The notes under the pieces are model-generated. The model saw only the letters and a program-made list of their open reading frames with translations. It made no database searches and was not told where the DNA came from. Source: Nitrososphaerota archaeon (lineage in GTDB: Archaea > Thermoproteota > EX4484-205 > JAAOZP01). From it: a stretch of 64,000 nt of DNA. Within the stretch, counting starts at the first letter, position 1. Each line of letters opens with the position of its first letter. Positions 59,624-64,000 of the stretch are shown here, piece after piece. The position numbers and the translations under genes were made by a program. The stretch is from positions 64,001 to 128,000 of the forward strand of contig JAAOZP010000014.1 of assembly GCA_011605725.1 (NCBI GenBank), read 5' to 3'.

Positions 59624-60514
59624 ATGATAAAGCTCGGCATGAAGAGGATTGTAGCAGTGGCTAAGGGCGATGTTCAAAGAGTCGGCTACAGAGACGAGGT
59701 TGAGAAAGCCGCCAGAGAGCTGGGCCTGACGGGTTACGTTGAAAACGTGAAGCCCTACGACGTCAGGATCGTGGCTGAAGGCGATGAGGAGAAGCTGAAG
59801 CTGTTCATGGAACGCATAAAAATCCGGAAATACCCGATATTCGTTGAAAACATCGAGGTGAGCTGGCAGGAGGCAACAGGAGAATTCAGCTTTTTCGAGA
59901 TAAGGCGTGGCGAATGGACTGAAGAGCTTTTCGAAAGACTCGATACTGCTGGAAGACTTCTCTACAGGACTGTTGAGCTTGGAGAGAAAAGCGTTGAGCT
60001 CGGTGAAAAGAATGTTGCGCTCAGCGAGAAAGCCGTTAAGCTGGCGGAGAAGAACGTGGAGCTTGGAGAAAAGAACGTTAAGCTTACTGAAAAAGCTGTC
60101 AAGCTGGGTGAAAGGAATGTTGAGCTTACTGAGAAGGCTGTTGAGTTAAGCAAGAGGAACGTTGAGCTTACTGAAAAAGCTGTTGAGTTAAGCAAGAAGA
60201 ATGTTGAGCTTACTGAGAAGGCTGTCAAGCTGGGTGAAAGGAATGTTGAGCTTGCCGAGAAGGCTGTTGAGCTGAGTGGGAAAAGCGTTGGGCTTGGAGA
60301 GAAAGCCGTAAACATAGGGGAGGAGACGCTTAGAGCGATAAGAGAGGAGTCTGAGAAGACGAGGAGTGTGATAAAGGATGAATCTGAAAAAACCAGGGAG
60401 GAGATAAGGCTGCTCAGAATCGACTTGAGAGAATACATAGAGGAAAGTTTAAAAGAGATCCGTGTTAAAATCCTTGAAATAGAGAATGCTTTGAGAAAAG
60501 CTGGAATAATGTAG
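59624..60514 (+). CDS. Acylphosphatase-like domain fused to a long heptad-repeat coiled coil
   Basis: GDVQRVGYR...GYVEN...AEG; about 17 EK(N/A)V(E/K)L(G/S/T) heptads. Confidence 0.8.
   Translation: MIKLGMKRIVAVAKGDVQRVGYRDEVEKAARELGLTGYVENVKPYDVRIVAEGDEEKLKLFMERIKIRKYPIFVENIEVSWQEATGEFSFFEIRRGEWTEELFERLDTAGRLLYRTVELGEKSVELGEKNVALSEKAVKLAEKNVELGEKNVKLTEKAVKLGERNVELTEKAVELSKRNVELTEKAVELSKKNVELTEKAVKLGERNVELAEKAVELSGKSVGLGEKAVNIGEETLRAIREESEKTRSVIKDESEKTREEIRLLRIDLREYIEESLKEIRVKILEIENALRKAGIM
59969..60319 (+). repeat. About 17 imperfect 21-nt tandem repeats
   Basis: Recurring GTTGAGCTT/GTCAAGCTG units every 21 nt. Confidence 0.85.
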
Positions 60515-60548
60515 CTATAAACCAGGACCAATGGTTTCTGCGCACACT

Positions 60549-60710
60549 TTAACGGTTTATGAACAAGCGTTCCTTGGTTTTCGAAACTATTTTTACGAAT
60601 AAAAGCATCGACGGGGCCTCCCACAGGGGGCCGACCACGGTTGCGAGAGCCGCCCCAGAATTGACGCCGAATACGAGCGTGGCTGTTGCTATTGCAACTT
60701 CAAACTGGCT
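60549..60710 (-). pseudogene. C-terminal remnant of an Acr3 arsenite efflux transporter
   Basis: SQFEVAIATATLVFGVNSGAALATVVGPLWEAPSML matches the Acr3 C-terminal signature. Confidence 0.7.
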
Positions 60711-60743
60711 TCGGTGCGTTAAGATACATACCTAGGATTGTAG

Positions 60744-60769
60744 TATTACTTTTTCCATAAAAAGTAATA
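60744..60769. promoter_or_regulatory. Palindromic operator next to a TATA box
   Basis: TATTACTTTTT-CCAT-AAAAAGTAATA perfect 11-bp inverted repeat; CTTATATA at 60773-60780. Confidence 0.65.
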
Positions 60770-60810
60770 ACACTTATATACGGCTTCTACGGAGCCGTCC
60801 GCGATAAAAA

Positions 60811-61125
60811 ATGTGGCTGATAGTCACATGGTGGGCAGCCATAATGGCTACGATCGCGTATATCTTTACAAAGAATCCGGTGAACTATCGCTTGGACTGG
60901 CTTTGCCTGATGCTTTGGGGTCTAGCAATAATGGTTCTCGTAGATCATTCAATAGGATTTATAACGGAGGGGGGAGAATTCATAGAAATGACTACTGAAG
61001 GATATATTGAAAACGGGGCTCTACTCGGAGCAGTTATGCTGATACCCATATTCATAGTGTGGGAGATTGCAGTACTTGTTTCGAGGGCAAGAATAGCTGC
61101 TAGGGAAAACACGGAGGGGAGGTGA
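60811..61125 (+). CDS. Small membrane protein
   Basis: Three TM helices, LMLWG...LVDH motif. Confidence 0.7.
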   Translation: MWLIVTWWAAIMATIAYIFTKNPVNYRLDWLCLMLWGLAIMVLVDHSIGFITEGGEFIEMTTEGYIENGALLGAVMLIPIFIVWEIAVLVSRARIAARENTEGR

Positions 61126-61131
61126 ATAGCA

Positions 61132-61476
61132 GTGGCATGCTTTCTAGTACCCATGACTATCGCCATCATTACAAGCCTGTTGAGAAAACGTTGCCCGAAG
61201 GCTCTTAGAATAAACATTCTAAACCTATTTCTGTGGGGTGGTGCGCTAGGGCTTGCCCTTGAACACTTGGCGCATAAGGAAATCGTCCCGTATCCTCCGT
61301 TCCTGACAGCAGGCGTAGAACACGTGGTTCCTGAAATGCTTACCGTCGGCGTTCCGATGACGATGGCGGTTTCAGGAGTATGGGCTTTAATAATCTTGGT
61401 CGTAGAGAGGCCTTTAAGCAGGTTTTTCAGGCCGAGTAGACTTGGAGCAATCGAGGTTCATCCGGCACAGAGATGA
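61132..61476 (+). CDS. Small membrane protein resembling the previous gene
   Basis: MACFL N-terminus, LFLWGG...LEH motif. Confidence 0.7.
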   Translation: MACFLVPMTIAIITSLLRKRCPKALRINILNLFLWGGALGLALEHLAHKEIVPYPPFLTAGVEHVVPEMLTVGVPMTMAVSGVWALIILVVERPLSRFFRPSRLGAIEVHPAQR

Positions 61477-61515
61477 AAGGCATGTAGAGAAATAGTTTTC
61501 TTTTTTCTCCATAGG

Positions 61516-62532
61516 CTATGGTGAAGACTTTAATAGCCATTGGAAATCAGGCGCGCAACTTCTTTTTTCAACTCTTTCAGCAAGAGCGTGAACAACAATC
61601 GGTAGAGCAATCGTGGCGTCACAGTAGCATACGACATTCCTTCCTGTGGGAGACTCTTTTCCCCAGCTTATCGCCTCTTCAAAAGTCGCGCCTGATAATC
61701 CTCCCCACTGAGGACTGTCGGTAGTAAATTGAATAGCGTATTTATGCGGACGATCCCTACCATTTACAAATTCTAGTGCAATAGCAATGAGCTGTATAAA
61801 ATCCTTCGGCACTCCTCCCCCAATATATATTACTCCTGTCTCCTTGCTTTCAACACCTATCTTCACGATTTCCTCAAAATCCTTCATCTGATCCAAAATT
61901 ATCTTTTTATTTTTCTTAAACCTGAGTATGATGTTAGCCATCCCGTAGCCACTGTCTACAAGACCAGGGCTAAACACTGGCACACCGCTCCTATAGGCTG
62001 CGGCAACGATGCTGTTAATACCCTTTTTATTAAGGAATTCGCCGAAAAGATAAAGATATTCTCTCGAGGAATAGGCATAGTCAGGGTTAAGCGTTTCAGT
62101 AAACTCTCCTATGAGGCTCTCCATCTTCCTATACTCCATCTCGCTGGCGAAAACATCGTAAAACCTATCTATCCTATGCTTATAGAGTTCATGGTCGTCG
62201 ACAAGATGACTCCCCTGCCAATAGCTAAAACCCATTGCTTCAAGAATATCCTCAGAAATGTTTGCCCCTGTTGAAACCAGCACATCTATAAACCTATTCT
62301 CAATAAGCCACCTTATTATTTTCCACTGTCCCGTAGTACTCATGGAACCCGCGAAGCCCATAAAGATCGTTAAATCCCTGTCCCTAAGCATCTCCTCCCA
62401 TACTTGAGCCGCCTCACCTAGCTTTCTTCCCTGGAAACCCGTTTTCGCCATTTCCTGTAGAAGCCGCGAAATAGTCTTGCCCTTCTCAACTTCAATGGAC
62501 TCAAGCTTCCTCTGGAAATAGGGATTAGCCAA
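61516..62532 (-). CDS. dys: Deoxyhypusine synthase
   Basis: STGAN, GGGVPKD, GGLSGATFEEAISWGK, DATIALP. Confidence 0.92.
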   Translation of the reverse strand: MANPYFQRKLESIEVEKGKTISRLLQEMAKTGFQGRKLGEAAQVWEEMLRDRDLTIFMGFAGSMSTTGQWKIIRWLIENRFIDVLVSTGANISEDILEAMGFSYWQGSHLVDDHELYKHRIDRFYDVFASEMEYRKMESLIGEFTETLNPDYAYSSREYLYLFGEFLNKKGINSIVAAAYRSGVPVFSPGLVDSGYGMANIILRFKKNKKIILDQMKDFEEIVKIGVESKETGVIYIGGGVPKDFIQLIAIALEFVNGRDRPHKYAIQFTTDSPQWGGLSGATFEEAISWGKESPTGRNVVCYCDATIALPIVVHALAERVEKRSCAPDFQWLLKSSP

Positions 62533-62793
62533 TTTCAAAAACAGAACGCACACCATTATTTAAGTTTTAGACTTTGGATTAAGGATTCAAGCTTCAAGCC
62601 TCATTAGTTCCCACACCATAAAGATTTAGTGGCCTGGTTGAAGCAGTGGAACGTGAACCAGAATAGTTTCCCAAGCTTCTGTAAGCATTAGGATCCTTTA
62701 TTAGCACGCGCCTAGAAGTGTTGCAGTAGAAAATGGGTTAGCGTGCTACTTACGATTACAGCATATGCTAGTTTCTGCCTCTGAGAAATCTGT

Positions 62794-63444
62794 CTATTCT
62801 CGGAAAAGTTTCGATAAAACCCTGCCTTTAAGCGTTAATCCCGCGATCCTCTCCTTACTAACTCTCTTGGAAGCTACGACACCGTTCTCCTCCATCCGCT
62901 TTAAAACCCTATGCATCGTAGAGACGGAGACCCTAAGCCTCTTTGCCAGTTCGCTTAACGACACTTCCTCTCCGTTTGCCAACATGCTCAGAACCATGAC
63001 CTCCCTGTTACTGAAATCAGGATACTGCATCCACACTTTCGGAATACTAAGGTCAACCTTATCCTCAGTCCTAATTTCCAAATCCAAATCGCTAATCCTT
63101 AGAAGAGTCAATGCTAGAAGCACCTCAGCCACTAGTATCCTCATTCCTCCGCTTAAGTTAACGATCAGCCTCCTGCCTTCTTTAGCCTCACTGTTAATCC
63201 GTTTAGCCAAAAAAGCTATTGCCTCCACCGGGTCGTAAACAGGAACCTGAATATCATGAACATTCACGCCAGGGACAAACCTTGAAACAAAACCTTTAAC
63301 CTCATTAATCGCCTCCTTAGACCTCTCATCCCTCTTCTCCGGAGAAAGTAGAATTATCCTATCTCCTTTCGAAAGACCATGCTTCAATAAAGCGGAGGCT
63401 ATGGGCCACTCGGTCCAGCCTATAGTTGCTATGAAAGTCCTCAT
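62794..63444 (-). CDS. csa3: CRISPR-associated CARF-HTH transcription regulator Csa3
   Basis: FIATIG, VNLSGGMR, C-terminal wHTH; divergent from csa5. Confidence 0.88.
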   Translation of the reverse strand: MRTFIATIGWTEWPIASALLKHGLSKGDRIILLSPEKRDERSKEAINEVKGFVSRFVPGVNVHDIQVPVYDPVEAIAFLAKRINSEAKEGRRLIVNLSGGMRILVAEVLLALTLLRISDLDLEIRTEDKVDLSIPKVWMQYPDFSNREVMVLSMLANGEEVSLSELAKRLRVSVSTMHRVLKRMEENGVVASKRVSKERIAGLTLKGRVLSKLFRE

Positions 63445-63574
63445 GACATTAAGGAAAGATCGCCAGGTAAATAAATGTTTTACTTTTAACGGGAACGTTT
63501 TCATATAAAAGAAAAAGTTTTCTTAGATACGATAAAGTATAAATACCTCTGTTCTACATTAAAATAAACAGAAA

Positions 63575-63949
63575 ATGATGTCACCCCCGTATAGAAGTGT
63601 CCCGGAACTTCTTGCAGTTCTAATAGCTGAAAACGAAAGCTATACCTACGTCGATAAGCTTGGATATGCTCCGTCAAAAGACCTAGCATTATACTATTTG
63701 AGAGAAGCCTTGAGAGATTTCCACTCTATTTCTAAAAAGCCGGAATCCCAATGGAGTAGTGAAAAGGCAAAAAACAAGGCGAAGGAAATAGACATGGAAA
63801 GGGCAATTACTGAATTAGAGAAAATAAAGAAGGTTAGTAGCATCAAAGATTTAAGGGAGGAAATATCCTTCATCACAGCCAAGGCCTTGGCCCTGGCGGC
63901 CACATTAGCAAAAACAGAAACGAGTAGTGGAAAACAAACTGGAGGATGA
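63575..63949 (+). CDS. csa5: Type I-A CRISPR small subunit Csa5 (Cas11)
   Basis: SYTYVDKLGYAPSKDLALYYLREALRD; context between csa3 and cas7. Confidence 0.8.
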   Translation: MMSPPYRSVPELLAVLIAENESYTYVDKLGYAPSKDLALYYLREALRDFHSISKKPESQWSSEKAKNKAKEIDMERAITELEKIKKVSSIKDLREEISFITAKALALAATLAKTETSSGKQTGG

Positions 63950-63954
63950 TCTTG

Positions 63955-64000
63955 ATGAGTAACATCTTCCTATCTATAAGAGGAAGAATCCTGGTGAATG
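63955..64000 (+). CDS. cas7: Start of type I-A Cas7 (Csa2), partial
   Basis: MSNIFLSIRGRILVN after SD GGAGG; expected gene order after csa5. Confidence 0.65.
   Translation, partial: MSNIFLSIRGRILVN

Noticed and set aside
59969-60319. Tandem repeats as a CRISPR array
   Set aside because: 21-nt in-frame coding units with no unique spacers
59962-60624. 220-aa minus-strand ORF
   Set aside because: Antisense shadow of the heptad repeat gene

Overview
Archaeal chromosomal window. SmAP3, the Zn-finger NusA paralogue, a T-loop tRNA intron, Tes and Csa3/Csa5 point to a TACK/Thermoproteota lineage; finer placement is not possible from this window. About 1-35 kb is mostly core genome: a type IV pilus locus, a divergent TFB, SmAP3, PAC2, a beta-CASP RNase, tRNA-Val with a 59/60 intron, rpl40e, aspS, radA, two tRNA-Gly, Rpp21, the leuA(cimA)-leuCD and ilvBNCD operons, argH, thermosome and an atypical EF-2. 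About 35-64 kb is accessory: a putative toxin remnant plus TPR gene, HEPN-MNT and VapBC pairs, glycoside hydrolases, coiled-coil acylphosphatase-like proteins, several 3' gene remnants, and the start of a type I-A CRISPR-Cas locus. The most notable observation is that both branched-chain amino acid operons, 14 kb apart on opposite strands, carry the same unannotated leader: TATA box, strong GGAGGTG Shine-Dalgarno, a GTG-initiated 26-27 codon peptide with A-x-R-G-R-D at codons 7-12, Leu (leu operon) or Val (ilv operon) at codon 14, then an AAAAC..GTTTT hairpin. This is a candidate archaeal leader-peptide attenuation system. Four single-base frameshifts suggest some indel errors in the assembly.
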